A stretch of 60,571 bases of DNA, filler included, from Nemertoderma westbladi (taxonomy: Eukaryota; Animalia; Xenacoelomorpha): assembly GCA_032718475.1 (NCBI GenBank). It is 3 parts of 3 records of this genome, joined end to end, with 100 filler letters (N's around TTAATTAATTAA, not from the genome) between each part and the next. Parts side by side here need not be neighbours in the genome. Positions count along the whole stretch, not along the records: positions 1 to 31,613 come from JAUCBJ010008226.1; positions 31,714 to 48,510 come from JAUCBJ010001591.1; 1 more part is not named here. One strand, written 5' to 3'. Shown one piece after another: positions 24,636 to 37,667 of this stretch. A model generated the notes under the pieces. That model did no database searches. It saw only the letters and a program-made list of their open reading frames with translations, and had not been told where the DNA came from. The position numbers and the translations under genes are program-made. Numbering within the stretch: position 1 is the first letter of the stretch; each line of letters opens with the position of its first letter.

Positions 24636-25713
24636 GGCCTATACCTGTATTCCGCATACAGATAGAGAGAGGGGACTTTCGAAGCAATAAAAATTAATCC
24701 CTCTCCAGGGGAAATTCGACGCTAATAACTGCTGATTACGAAACTGAACACTGTCAAGACTGCCAGAATACTTTCTTTTTTCGTGTAATAGGAAATGAAT
24801 ATGGAATTCATTAAGTGCAGTAATAATTAACAGCACGACACTGACTATTATTAAATATCATCTCAAATGTACTGCAGTACTGATCTGAGCCCATTTTAAA
24901 ATTTCGATAGAAATATGTAGAATGTACGGTGGTGAGTTGCGGCCAATTATTGCATTTTTTTTTAAACGTTTAAAAAAAGTTATTTAAGTTTGTAAAAAAA
25001 AATTAATGTTTTGCTAAAAAAAATTAATGTTTTGTTAAAAAAAATTAATGTTTTGTTAAAAAAAAAATAAAGTTTTGCTAAAAAAAAATTAATGTTTTGC
25101 TAAAAAAAATTAATGTTTTGCTAAAAAAAATTAATGTTTTGCTAAAAAAAATTAATGTTTTGCTAAAAAAAATTAATGTTTTGCTAAAAAAAATTTATGT
25201 TTTATAAAGTATAATTTGAATTTCCCGCTTTCTTCTTTCTGGCTTGTTGAAGTGAATACAGAAAGAAGGCCTATCGAAAGATTTTCACTTTCAGTCTTCC
25301 CTTCAGTCTGTGTTGTATTATAATATTAGCTGTAGGTAGATACCGGTACGGTTGGTATGTGTAGGGAAGAAAGAAAGGCCTATTATCATATGGCCTATAC
25401 AAACCTGACACCAACTACAGGCAACAGCAAGAGTCTTTCACTGATGCTAACTGTAATGTGGATGAGGGTGTGTTTAGTGTAACGCAGTAAAGTAAACTAG
25501 TGCACTACATGCTGTACAGTACAGTATATGTACTTTAAGTGCAGTATCAGTACATATATACTGTATAATCAATAGCAATAGAGCCTACACGTATGTTATT
25601 GTAGGATTGGGCGGCGTCATGGATAATGAGCGACGGCGGCTTTATACTGCCTTACGGCATGAACTAACAATCTTATTTCCGATACAGAAAGACCAACCAG
25701 CGGTGGGACAAGT

Positions 25714-26209
25714 ATGCCGAGTTGTACGTCTTCAGGTTCCTTAGAAAAGGTTCCTTCGGGTTCCTCAGAAAACACTGTAGATTCGAATTTTATGAGTTGT
25801 GACGAGTCTGTCTCTAGGCCTATGTATTCATCTAAAGCAAAAGGTATAGGAAGTTCAAGGTTGCGTTCCTTACAGCGGGGGCGCCCAAAGCTAAAAGATA
25901 AAGCTATTCTGTTCAAATGTTTAGTCGACACAGGTAGGGGCACTGCGGTAATTAAAAAACCCCTTGGTGCCTCAACTACACTTAGGATTATGGTACCACT
26001 GCGACAACCCATTCATTATAAGTGTAAAAAACCTTATCATTGATAAACTCTTTCCTAATGGGAAAAATAGGACATTGTTAGCGAAGAAATTACCTTCAGC
26101 TCCAAGTGAATACGATTTCACTTTAGTCGATGCGAATAACGATTCCATTGAGAGCTACAAATGGTTAGATGAATATTGTGTTGCAAATGGGTTTCCCGTC
26201 GATTATTGA
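25714..26209 (+). pseudogene. Second (accessory) ORF of the IS3EU-like element, frameshifted
   Basis: Overlapping ORFs 25714-26043 and 25964-26209 inside the TIRs, converging on the transposase; includes LFPNGK...DFTL. Confidence 0.5.
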
Positions 26210-27219
26210 AACGGGTTATGGGACTTCTGTGGGTTTCCCGTCGATTATTGAAACGGGTTATGGGACTTCTGTGGGTTTCCCGTCGATTATTGAAACGGGT
26301 TATGGGACTTCTGTGGGTTTCCCGTCGATTATTGAAACGGGTTATGGGACTTCTGTGGGTTTCCCGTCGATTATTGAGACGGGTTATGGGACTTCTGTGG
26401 GTTTCCCGTCGATTATTGAAACGGGTTATGGGACTTCTGTGGGTTTCCCGTCGATTATTGAAACGGGTTATGGGACTTCTGTGGGTTTCCCGTCGATTAT
26501 TGAGACGGGTTATGGGACTTCTGCGGGGTTCCCGTCGATTATTGAAACGGGTTATGGGACTTCTGCGGGTTTCCCGTCGATTATTGAGACGGGTTATGGG
26601 ACTTCTGCGGGTTTCCCGACGGGTTATGGGACTTCTGTGGGTTTCCCGTCGATTATTGAGACGGGTTATGGGACTTCTGCGGGTTTCCCGTCGATTATTG
26701 AAACGGGTTATGGGACTTCTGTCGGGTTTCCCGTCGATTATTGAGACGGGTTATGGGACTTCTGCGGGTTTCCCGTCGATTATTGAGTCGATTATTGAGA
26801 CGGGTTATGGGACTTCTGTGGGTTTCCCGTCGATTATTGAAACGGGTTATGGGACTTCTGTGGGTTTCCCGTCGATTATTGAGACGGGTTATGGGACTTC
26901 TGTGGGTTTCCCGTCGATTATTGAGACGGGTTATGGGACTTCTGCGGGTTTCCCGTCGATTATTGAAACGGGTTATGGGACTTCTGTCGGGTTTCCCGTC
27001 GATTATTGAGACGGGTTATGGGACTTCTGCGGGTTTCCCGTCGATTATTGAAATTATTGAAACGGGTTATGGGACTTCTTCGGGTTTACTGTCGATTATT
27101 GAAACGGGTTATGGGACTTCTTCGGGTTTACTGTCGATTATTGAGACGGGTTATGGGACTTCTTCGGGTTTACTGTCGATTATTGAGACGGGTTATGGGA
27201 CTTCTTCGGGTTTACTGTC
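26189..27219. repeat. 42-bp minisatellite, ~24 copies, inside the IS3EU-like element
   Basis: Unit GGGTTTCCCGTCGATTATTGA(A/G)ACGGGTTATGGGACTTCTG(T/C). Confidence 0.95.
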
Positions 27220-27594
27220 TATATTAAAAATTGGTTTTAAAATGTTTTTAATAATTATAAATCATATGTTCAGTAATTGTTACCTATACTTATTTATTGA
27301 CAACTATATACAAGTTGGGGAACAAAAAATGCACTTCAAATACAATTGAAATAAATACATACAGTAGTAATGCAAGTGTGTTTGTATCTTACTAAATATA
27401 TGAATCAATTTCTTTCATAATAATATTAATTAAGTACAGCGCTGTCGCTTTACAATCCCCAAGATTTACACATTCTGATGGTTGTTTAAATTATAATTCA
27501 TTATTTAATAAATACTGACAAAGGTTTTTCACTGATTCTATACAGTTTGGCACATCATACGCAAAACATTTCACCTGCTCAATTGAAGAAGCAC

Positions 27595-28320
27595 CTACTG
27601 CGGTCTAAGATAGTTTGGTTTGTCGAGATACAGTATACTTGGCTTACCACCCTTCGATATAATCCCACTCTTCCTCAAACGGTGTGCGTACCATACCTGG
27701 AGCACATTTTCTAGAGTCCTTTGCAGCAAATCCAGGTAAACGTAGCGTATTATCTCTATATGTAGGACGTTAGATGTATCAATTAATCCCTCGTAATCTA
27801 GCACCATGAAATGGTCCATCCAAAGTTGCAATCCGAGTTGGGGAAATTTCGACCACCAGAGTTCTTTCGATCCTATCTATCGGTCGATTCTTTGGTTTCG
27901 GGAACTTTTCCCATATAAGAAAACTTTCCCGGTCAAAGCACAATTGTCACGGTGTGGAAAGCGTAGAAAACGTTGAATGGTTTCCACATTCACGTTTTCG
28001 GTTCCTCGATCTGAACGTATCAAATTTGAATGCTGTGGCTTTCTGAATGAAGGCCACAATTTCCTCACGGACAAAGAGGCCATACTTGAACAGCAGTATT
28101 TTTTCATATGTCTATAGCCAGAAGAAGGCTCCGCAAGAATTGCACTAACTATTTCGGGTAACCGTTCGATTTGAAACCTCTTATGCAATTCCATATCGCC
28201 CAATCGTCGACGAATTGTTCGTATAGAAATATCCTCAAAGTGCTCTTCACGCAGTAAGCAAGAGATTTCCTTGTATGTAAATCCCTTCTTAAAGTATTCT
28301 AGCAACACGCGGTTGTCCAT
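27595..28320 (-). pseudogene. IS3EU-type DDE/integrase-core transposase, degraded
   Basis: HTH-like N-terminus (SIRTIRRRL); RSDRGTEN, YGKSSRNQRI, W..HF, W.AHRLR..GKP..LY motifs across two frames. Confidence 0.75.
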
Positions 28321-28944
28321 GTCCGTACGAAATAATTAATCGGATAGCTTACCGGTATCGCGTACAATAAGACTACAGTCTAATCGTATTGCACACAATT
28401 AACAACCAAGAATGAAGTACCTAAGCCTATGTAGGCCTACTTAACAAAACATTGATTTTTTCTCTCAAAACATTGATTTTTACATTAATTTTTTTTAACA
28501 AAATATTAATTTTTTTTTATCAAAACATTAATTTTTTTTTATCAAAACATTAATTTTTTTTTATCAAAACATTATTTTTTTTAACAAAACATTATTTTTT
28601 TTTAGCAAAACATTAATTTTTTTTGCAAACTTAAATAACTTTTTTTTAAACGTTTAAAAAAAATTCAATAATTGGCCGCAACTCACCACCGTAAGAATGT
28701 ATATCGCTTTTATGTATAAATTGGTGCAATGATTGATTAATTTTAAATATATTTAAAAAAGTTTTTCATTCCCATTATCTAATCAGTTTGCTCCCATTTT
28801 AGAAAACGCGGCCATTATAAGTAGATCCATTAACTATTTTACCTATTGTTTGTTAATTTTATAGCTGCCAGTCGCTTCTGTGTCGGTTTCACTCTTATTT
28901 TTATGTTGTGAATAAATAAATAATATATTATAATAATAATAACC

Positions 28945-30221
28945 ACAATTATGAACAAGAATGGCGCGAGTGTGTCTCCTTGGAGGAGTCCCCATAAACA
29001 CTTCGAATGGTTCTGTGTCAACGTCAACAGTAGACACAAATGTTGTCAAACCATCGTATACTGATCTGATTGCTGCAATAATTTTATCAGGTATCCCATA
29101 TAATGAAAGTATGCTGAACATACGTGAGTGAGAGACTGAATCAAAGGCCTTTGAAGAAGTCAACAAAGATAACAGCCAGATGCCTGTCTTTCTTTTTTGA
29201 TAACTCTTCAATTATCCTTCTAAGTGCCAAAATGGGCTCCATGGTCCCACGACCTTTATGGAACCCATTCTGATTTCCACGGAGCAGTCTCTCAATGGGA
29301 TACCTGAGGCGATTTAATAGAATTCTATTGTATAGCTTTGCAGCAATCGAGATCAATGAGATTCCCCGAAAAGAACCATAGAGTGTTAGGTTGCCCTTCT
29401 TGGGAACTGGCACCAACTTATTTGTTTTCATTTCTTGTGGGACTCTTGTTGTTCGGTACATGTCTACTATGATGGGATAGATGAGCTTTAAACACTCAGG
29501 TATTTTAAAGACCTCAGGGGGAACACCATCTACTCCACTGGCACGATTGGTTTTAATGCTCTTTGCAGCAGCCGTCACTTCAGCAAAGGAGATATCGCCA
29601 ATGGGAATACCTGGGAGTACTGTAGGCCCACAGACTCAGACACTTTTACTTCTATAAAGTTATCGTAATCGGGCAATACTGTCATTATTGAGGAACTTTT
29701 CAAAGTGGGGCTTCCAACCATTGAGGCGATCGGCTGGTGATTCTGCCTTAACCTTGGTGGTTAGTTGGCTTTTCCGCCCAGTAAGCAAGTTGATTGATTT
29801 CCATGCCTGGGGTAATTGCCTGCTGTCATCGGCATCATTGATGGCATCAACCTGTTGGTTTATTAGCTCCTGTAGATTAACAGAGTACTGCCTGTTCAGG
29901 GACCTAGAGCTAGAAGCAGCCTTAACTGCATTCTTGGCCGCTGTAGTCTGTTTGAGTCGGGACTCTTTCTGCGCCTTATAGAGGTAATTTCGGCACTTCT
30001 GAATTTTGTTGTCAGTCCAGGGGGCCCTTTTCCGTTGTTTTAGTTGTTCTGCTAGCACGCAGACTAAGTCTTACCTTGGCCACAATATGGTGGTGATCAC
30101 TGGAGAAGGGTCGAAGTGTAAATGCATTACAGTCTTGTAGAGAGCTCCTGTATTTCCTACGAAACAGAATATGGTCTATCTGGCACTTGTGACCACTGGG
30201 TCCACTATGAGTACTGTACAT
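28945..30221 (-). mobile_element. RTE-like LINE fragment (EN end + partial RT), multiply frameshifted
   Basis: IDHIL...SDH, ASGVDG, PKKGN...FRGISL, NQNGF, FVDF/SKAFDSV, QGDTLAPFLF. Confidence 0.88.
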
Positions 30222-31613
30222 AGCTATGCACTAAGGAGAAGGGGGGGGAGAATAAACTATCTCGTTTATAAGGTTGGAAAATACTGTCCATAAAATAAAT
30301 ATTCAGTTATTTAATAGTTTATTATTAGTAGATTTAATTAAATCTAAATTAGCCGATGACGTACTTCCGTCCTAATCACAAGCGAGAAAATATCACCAAT
30401 TTTAACACCTTACATGCTACTATCGCGAAGCCAACCCCGCCCATATCGTGGATTCCATTTTGTAACCACCTATTCGACATCTAAATGGAGATGGCTGCAT
30501 TTCTTTGTTAAAATGTATTTGGTATCCGATTAACACACTTATTTAGATAGAAGCCCATACTCCAACATATTTATCGTTTCAAAACGTTTTATCGTTTCTA
30601 TACATCCAAGCCAGTTTTGCATAGACGGCATGCTAAAGCAATTGTTTTTTAAAACAACCTACTGTATATAACACATTTTACTATTATTATAAACTGGGTT
30701 AGCGTGGGAAACATTGATATAAAATTGGAAACAACGAATCAGGAGCTAGAATTGTCGTTTATTATAATAAAGGGACATTTTATTAATATTTTAAAAATCT
30801 AATTATTCGAATTTGTCTTAGGGTTTTAATGCTTTTTGAGTAATAATTGTAAAATATGTAATAAATGTTTTTTTAAAACAAACTATATACATACTATATA
30901 CATAGTTTCCTACCTAATATGTGACACAATTCAAATATTTTCAAACACAATTTGTTTTGTTTTATTTTAAATCACATAAGATTACAAATATGTCAAAACT
31001 AATTTAATTACTCCAAAACGAAATTAGAATGAATAATGCTGCTTTGTGATGCCACATTTGACGTATAGGGGTTTCAAAATGGAACCAACGATATGTGCGA
31101 ATGTCGGACCCTTGGATCATACTACTACTACGATCGGCAAATCTTCGCCTGCAAGCAACCGTGGCCCACTAAAGAATTATTGATTTGGTTAGAAAAAGCC
31201 ATCTGTGTAACCTGCTCCTTTCCCTCAATTTGGTAACAACATCGTTTATTGTTTTGGTTAGAGAAGGCAGTCTCTGCAACCTGCTTCTTCCCTCAATTGG
31301 TAACTTAAATGGTTACTAACACAAATCTTATTGGGCGAAGGATTGCCTTGCGGGCAAAGGTTTCCCCCGAACGAAGGTTGTACGCGAGCGAAAGTTGCAC
31401 CCAACCGTAGGCAGGGGCCTCATAAAAATTGATTTTATCTGCTATTTGAAACACACTAGGATTCCAAATCTATAAATAATTGAAATAGATACACCCCCAA
31501 ACTGGGTAAAATGGTAAACAATATAAAATATAAACAGAGACACAAAGATATATTATATATTATATTTGTAATAAAAAATATTAAAAGCTAAAAATTGCAG
31601 AGTTATAGGTGTT

Positions 31614-31713
31614 NNNNNNNNNNNNNNNNNNNNNNNNNNNNNNNNNNNNNNNNNNNNTTAATTAATTAANNNNNNNNNNNNNNNNNNNNNNNNNNNNNNN
31701 NNNNNNNNNNNNN
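31614..31713. other. Artificial assembly spacer (44 N + TTAATTAATTAA + 44 N)
   Basis: Six-frame-stop linker inside N runs; identical to the spacer at 48511-48610. Confidence 0.97.
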
Positions 31714-31796
31714 CCCATGGTGGTGAACATTTATTATAGGAAGGGATTTAGGGGTCTTAATCTCGAATGATAAGTTTATTTTACCAAAAATAACTT

Positions 31797-33650
31797 ATGG
31801 TGAACAGACATTCCTTTAGGAACCAGTGTGAAGGGTTAACTGTGGAAGATCATCCGTGATGGTGAACCGGCATTCCTTTAGGAACAATAGTGGAAGGGTT
31901 TACTGTGGAAGATCACCCGTGTGGTGAACAGGCATTCCTTTAGAAAACAGAGTGGAAGGGTTTACTATGGAAGATCACCCATGGTGGTGAACAGGCATTC
32001 ATTTAGGAAACAGAGTGGAAGGGTTTACTGTGGAAGATCACCACTGGTGGTGAACAGGCATTCCTTTAGGAAACAGAGTGGAAGGGTTTACTGTGGAAGA
32101 TCACCCATGGTGGTGAACAGGCATTCATTTAGGAAACAGAGTGGAAGGGTTTACTGTGGAAGATCACCCTGGTGGTGAACAGGCATTCCTTTTGAAACAG
32201 AGTGGAAGGGTTTACTGTGGAAGATCACCCATGGTGGTGACAGGCATTCCTTTAGGAAACAGAGTGGAAGGGTTTACTATGGAAGATCACCAATGGTGGT
32301 GAACCGGCATTTCTTTAGAAAACAGAGTGGAAGGGTTTACTGTGGAAGATCACCCATGGTGGTGAACAGGCATTCCTTTAGGAAACAGAGTGGAAGGGTT
32401 TACTACTGGAAGATCACCAATGTGTGGTGAACCGGCATTCCTTTAGGAAACAGAGTGGAAGGGTTTACTGTGGAAGATCGCCCATGGTGGTGAACAGGCA
32501 TTCCTTTAGGAAGCAGAGTGGAAGGGTTTACTGTGGAAGATCACCCATGGTGGTGAACCGGCATTCATTTAGGAAACAGAGTGGAAGGGTTTACTATGGA
32601 AGATCACCCATGATGGTGAACAGGCATTCATTTAGGAAACAGAGTGGAAGGGTTTACTATGGAAGATCACCAATGGTGGTGAACCGGCATTCGTTTAGGA
32701 AATAGAGTGGAAGGGTTTACTGTGGAAGATCGCCCATGATGGTGAACAGGCATTCATTTAGGAAACAGAGTGGAAGGGTTTACTATGGAAGATCACCCGT
32801 GGTGGTGAACCGGCATTCCTTTAGAAAACAGAGTGGGAGGGTTTACTGTGGAAGATCGCCCATGATGGTGAACAGGCATTCATTTAGGAAACAGAGTGGA
32901 AGGGTTGACTATGGAAGATGATCACCCGTGGTGGTGAACCGGCATTCCTTTAGAAAACAGAGTGGAGGGTTTACTGTGGAAGATCGCCCATGACGGTGAA
33001 CAGGCATTCATTTAGGAAACAGAGTGGAAGGGTTTACTATGGAAGATCACCCGTGGTGGTGATCCGGCATTCCTTTAGAAAACAGAGTGGAAGTGTTTAC
33101 TGTGGAATATCACCCATAATGGTGGGTGAACAGGCATTCATTTAGAAAACAGAGTGGAAGGGTTAACTATGGAAGATCATCCGTGATGATGAACCGGCAT
33201 TCCTTTAGAAAACAGAGTGGAAGGGTTTACTGTGGAAGATCACCCATGATGGTGAACAGGCAGGCATTCATTTAGTAAACAGAGTGGAAGGGTTAACTAT
33301 GGAAGATATCCGTGATGGTGAACAGGCATTCCTTTAGAAAACAGAGTGGAAGGGTTTACTATGGAAGATCACCCATGGTGGTGAACAGGCATTCCTTTAG
33401 GAAACAGAGTGGAAGGGTTTACTGTGGAAGACCACCAATGGTGGTGAACAGGCATTCCTTTAGAAAACAGAGTGGAAGGGTTTACTATGGAAGATCACCC
33501 ATGGTGGTGAACAGGCATTCCTTTAGGAAAACAGAGTGGAAGGGTTTACTGTGGAAGATCACCCATCATGGTGGTGAACAGGCATTCCTTTAGGAAACAG
33601 AGTGGAAGGGTTTACTGTGGAAGGTCACCAATGGTGGTGAACACGCATTC
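31797..33650. repeat. 63-bp minisatellite, ~29 copies
   Basis: Unit GGTGGTGAACAGGCATTCCTTTAGGAAACAGAGTGGAAGGGTTTACTGTGGAAGATCACCCAT with scattered indels. Confidence 0.95.
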
Positions 33651-34052
33651 CATGGCCTAACGAGCCTAAAAGATTCTCCCATTAAAGTATGTGTATTTTA
33701 CAAGTATATATATGTTGTACTCTTTGTAAGTATCCATTCCAATCATAAGTTTGTTCAAATTAATTGTTGTTTTACTGTAATTATTGTTGTCATTGACTAA
33801 AGTTAATGTTATTCCTGGGTCTCCCATGTTGTACTTCTTCTATTATATTAATATTACCTATAGTCTGCATCTATGTAGTGGGTTGTCCTATAATAATTTG
33901 TAATTAATAATAATTTTCTGATACTGTGATACTTAAAACGACAATGGCCCTAAATTGACGTGTCGGAGGATGTAAATAAATATAATTTAAATATGAATAT
34001 ATAAGACATCAAACACTCCTGGAAAGGGACACGATTTGTATTCTGTCACTCA

Positions 34053-34904
34053 GTGGGAAGGGTTATCGGTAACACAGCAACCCTCGGCATTATTAATAGA
34101 CTTAATGACCCCAATAGGAGGAGAATAAAACACTGCGCCATATCATCGGATGATAAGACCGTTGCTGGTGCAGTCTATGTTCTGCATGGTGGAGGAATCA
34201 ACATCTGGGATGTCGACACATACGAACTATTAAGCTATCTGAACTGCTCGCATCAGCTAGCACTCCAATTCAGCCCCATAAACCCCAACCTTTTTGCTAC
34301 TGGTGGTGCAGATGGTCAGATATCGCTAATATTTACCCCTATTGGTACTGGAATCAGTAAAACATGGGAAGCACACAGTAACAATGTAACTGACGTAAGA
34401 TTTAACAAAAAAGGAAACGAGTTAGTTAGCTGTTCGACAGATGGAACCGCAAAGATTTGGGACCTCAATGGTAACCTAATAGAGGTTATTACTGAATGGG
34501 AGGGGTCTATCTATTCGGTGGTATTTAACTCAGATTCAAGTAAACTTATTTTGCTGTATTGTAGGCTCACTAGATGTATTTCCTTTTTAAACAGAGTGGA
34601 ATTATGGAAAACAAATGCAGGGGGGTGTAAGGTTGAATGGGGACCTCAGGTTGGGACAGTTGTTGTGTTGAGTTTGGGAAAATGGCACAGGTGGGTTAGT
34701 ATTACGTTATTAGATGATGAGGATGGCCAGATGACAGTATATGGGGGTTTGGGGATCAATGTGATGGTCACCAGTCTGAACCTCCACCCAAAAGGAAGTC
34801 ATCTGTTGGTTGGTTTAATGAATGGAACAATTATTAAAATTAACATAAACCAAAATCAGATAGAACCTTTTAGTATATATTATATAGAAAAACCAAAAAA
34901 TTAG
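34053..34904 (+). CDS. WD40-repeat protein (exon or fragment; true start unresolved)
   Basis: INIWD, FATGGADG, AHSNNVTDVRF...LVSCSTDGTAKIWD, IYSVVF. No ATG at the start, but a possible acceptor ttctgtcactcag ends at 34053. Confidence 0.7.
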   Translation: MGRVIGNTATLGIINRLNDPNRRRIKHCAISSDDKTVAGAVYVLHGGGINIWDVDTYELLSYLNCSHQLALQFSPINPNLFATGGADGQISLIFTPIGTGISKTWEAHSNNVTDVRFNKKGNELVSCSTDGTAKIWDLNGNLIEVITEWEGSIYSVVFNSDSSKLILLYCRLTRCISFLNRVELWKTNAGGCKVEWGPQVGTVVVLSLGKWHRWVSITLLDDEDGQMTVYGGLGINVMVTSLNLHPKGSHLLVGLMNGTIIKININQNQIEPFSIYYIEKPKN

Positions 34905-35129
34905 AAGAAATCCGGAAGTATATTGGTGAGGTGGGCCCATTGAGTCATGAGATACAAAGGTTGATTCACTTAAAGGTACTTTTAATGATACGAAATGGAC
35001 CTTACTCATCTACCTGGCCAAAAAAATTTAACTTAAATTTAATTTAAAAAAAATAAAATTATACATTTTAATCTGGTGCTTTATTAACCATTTTAACTCG
35101 TTAAATGTATATAAAAATAAAATCCTATT

Positions 35130-35250
35130 GGGGCGTTCATAAAGTATGGCACATTTTCCCCACCCCCTCTCCCTTTGTCACAAAATGTCACGCAAGCTCG
35201 ACAACCCCCCCCCCCCCCCCCCTCGCGTGACATACTATGTTAACGCACCC
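35130..35250. mobile_element. ~120-bp MITE
   Basis: Imperfect TIRs GGGGCGTTCATAAAGTATGGCAC / GTGACATACTATGTTAACGCACCC. Confidence 0.55.
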
Positions 35251-35489
35251 TATAGCCTATACATACATTTACTTTATTGCTTTGCCAACGTTTTTTCCTT
35301 TTTGCTTCAAAATGACACTTATAAATAATAATAATATGCTTTATCTGTTTTGCATTTGTTAGTTTGTTTCGGTAGTTTGTTTCATAATTGAATATTAAAT
35401 TTGAATAATTCAATGATTTTTTTATGTAAAGATAAGACACTACTTCATTGGGTGTTTATTATTTAGAAATATTAATTACTACTATGTAT

Positions 35490-37659
35490 TAGAGTTGCAA
35501 CAGAGACCTGTTTTTCTTAATCCCGGTAAACCAGAGACCTACCCGGAGAATTATTTTGAAAAATACCGGAGACCAGAGCCGGAGATCAGAGACTTTGCTT
35601 ATTTTTGTGCTTCATTTTGATTAGTCCCATAAAGCACAAACAGGTACATATGGACTGATAACTGTTTTTAAATGGTTGAATTACAGTAACTCCAACCCAT
35701 TTCAACCCTTACCCATTGGAATAAAATAAGCGCTCGTACAGTTTGGGGGACTTAATTAATATTAATTTGGTTATTTGTTTATTAATTCGTTCTTATTTTG
35801 TTATTGTTAATAATATGGGGACTCTTACACTTTACCGTGCCATTATAGCCATATTTTGATATAATAAAATGATCTTAAAATATTTGTTCTATAACAAAAA
35901 ATATTTATTCTAGAACAAAATTTTTAATAGATAGTATAGATAATATGTTCTAGAACATTAAAAAATATACAAAAACTAGCTAGTAAAAAAAATTTATATA
36001 TACAAAGATAACATACCGGTACAATAAAAAATTAACAAGTTAGCTAGTGCTTTGTATTTTTTGTTCTAGAACTTAAAATATTTGTTCTAGAACAACATTT
36101 TTATATGAAATAGATTGATAATGCTCTAGAACATTTAAAAGACAAGAAACAAAAACTAGCTAGCTGGTGGCCATTTTAGCAATTTTTTGATATAACAAAA
36201 TGATAGTTTTTAATCTATCATAACATAATTAGGGAAACTAGTGGGGTCGCTTAAGGCTGAAATATAGCAAAATCGTTAATTGCCGGACAAAAGCATGAAA
36301 ATGTGACTATATATGTAAAAAAATGTGTAGATTAATCTGAGCCTGTGTACCAAAAAAATTGACTACTTCCCTGGCAACAGGGTGACTTTTTCATAGCAAC
36401 CGTTGTATATTTAATGTAATTATGATTGAAACTTGGGATAAACAGCCTGTCTAGCAATAGACTAGACTAAACTAAACTAAACTAGAAACTCACTAAACTA
36501 GAACTAGAAACTAGAAACCCACTAAACTAGAAGGAAGTGTACCCGGATTAGAAACAAACAATAAAAACATTAGCTACACGAGACGTAACAAAATGTAATT
36601 GTACGTAGAGTAAATTTCGGTATCACTTGCGTAAATATATATTATTTAATTATAAAAATGGCATTACTATGGTATGTATAAGCAAAAATTGAAAATTTTA
36701 ATATGACATTTTCTGTACTCATCTTTTGTTGTTCTAGAAGAAAAATATTTGTTCTAGAACATTTTTTTTACAAAACTATAGCTAATATGACAGAACATTA
36801 AAAAAAATGTATAGCAAAAACTACCAACTACAAAAAAATTCCCGTCATGGGTAGGGCCTACACAACACATACTGTAGTATGTAGTAGTGCCTTTCATTTT
36901 TATACACGTTGTAAAACGATTCCATGCGTTTTAAATAGAATCCAAATTTTTTCTAAAAAATGTTCTAGAACAAAAAATATTTGTTCCAGAACATTTAATA
37001 TTTTTAAAAAATAATAGTTGACATGTTGTGCAACATTTTCTATACAAATAGAAATAAGAACTAGCTACTATAAAATATTTATAGAGGGAAGTAGGATGTC
37101 GGAACCAGTGTTGGAATTACTAGCTAAACCTACCTAACACACTAGCTACCATAAAATTTAGAACAATAATTTTTCTTGTCCGTTGAAATCACTCATTCTG
37201 TCTTCTGATTTTGACTTTTTATGATATAGTTACATGCACGGAAACAATTATTAAAATCAATCGATAAAATTGTAAATTGTTGCTTATACATACCATAGTA
37301 ATGCCCAATCCTATTACACTTTACTGTGCCATTATAGCAATAGGTGGCACGGCAAACTGTAAGAGAGCCATAATATGTTACATAAATTTGTTTTGCGCCA
37401 TATAGGTACTGGTACTTTGTTAATTAAAGGCACTTATTTTACAATTGTTCAAATCATAAAAAATAATCTTCATTTTACATTTTGTTGTAGGCCTACAGCA
37501 TCTATTATTAAATAACTATTTCTAATTTGTAAAATCACTGATCTCTGGGTAAAATGTGTGTTTTCAATACCCGGGAACCAGAGACCTATCCGGAGACCAA
37601 AAAACCATCCGGAGAATCCAGAGATCAGAGATCAGTGACAGGTCTCTGTTTCAACTCTA
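35490..37659 (+). mobile_element. hAT-like non-autonomous element, copy 1
   Basis: TIR TAGAGTTGCAACAGAGACCTG / CAGGTCTCTGTTTCAACTCTA; 8-bp TSD CTATGTAT. Confidence 0.85.
35818..37369. mobile_element. GG..CC TIR element with 8-bp TSD (Merlin-like), nested in hAT copy 1
   Basis: GGGACTCTTACACTTTACCGTGCCA / TGGCACGGCAAACTGTAAGAGAGCC; TSD ATAATATG at 35810-35817 and 37370-37377. Empty site present in copy 2. Internal similarity to 22830-23120 (reverse). Confidence 0.7.
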
Positions 37660-37667
37660 CTATGTAT

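Larger units (their letters stand above)
24925..28693. mobile_element. IS3EU-like DNA transposon, 6-bp TSD
   Basis: TACGGTGGTGAGTTGCGGCCAATTATTG...CAATAATTGGCCGCAACTCACCACCGTA termini (TAYGG); AGAATG TSD on both sides; inverted ~21-bp subterminal arrays; two convergent ORF remnants. Confidence 0.85.

Noticed and set aside
26169-27349. Repeat proteins (GFPSIIETGYGTSV)n / (RRLLKRVMGLLWVS)n
   Set aside because: Open only because the unit is 42 bp; indels switch frames, and the real upstream ORF stops in the first unit.
31658-31669. TTAATTAATTAA as a biological motif
   Set aside because: Assembly linker within N runs, duplicated identically at 48555-48566.
31921-33593. (MVVNRHSFRKQSGRVYCGRSP)n ORFs
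   Set aside because: 63-bp minisatellite with frequent frameshifting indels and sporadic stops; no sign of coding constraint.
33620-33665. ttag-GCC ATG GAA TGC as the missing actin exon 6 (GMES...)
   Set aside because: Wrong phase and no actin similarity beyond ME; runs into the minisatellite.
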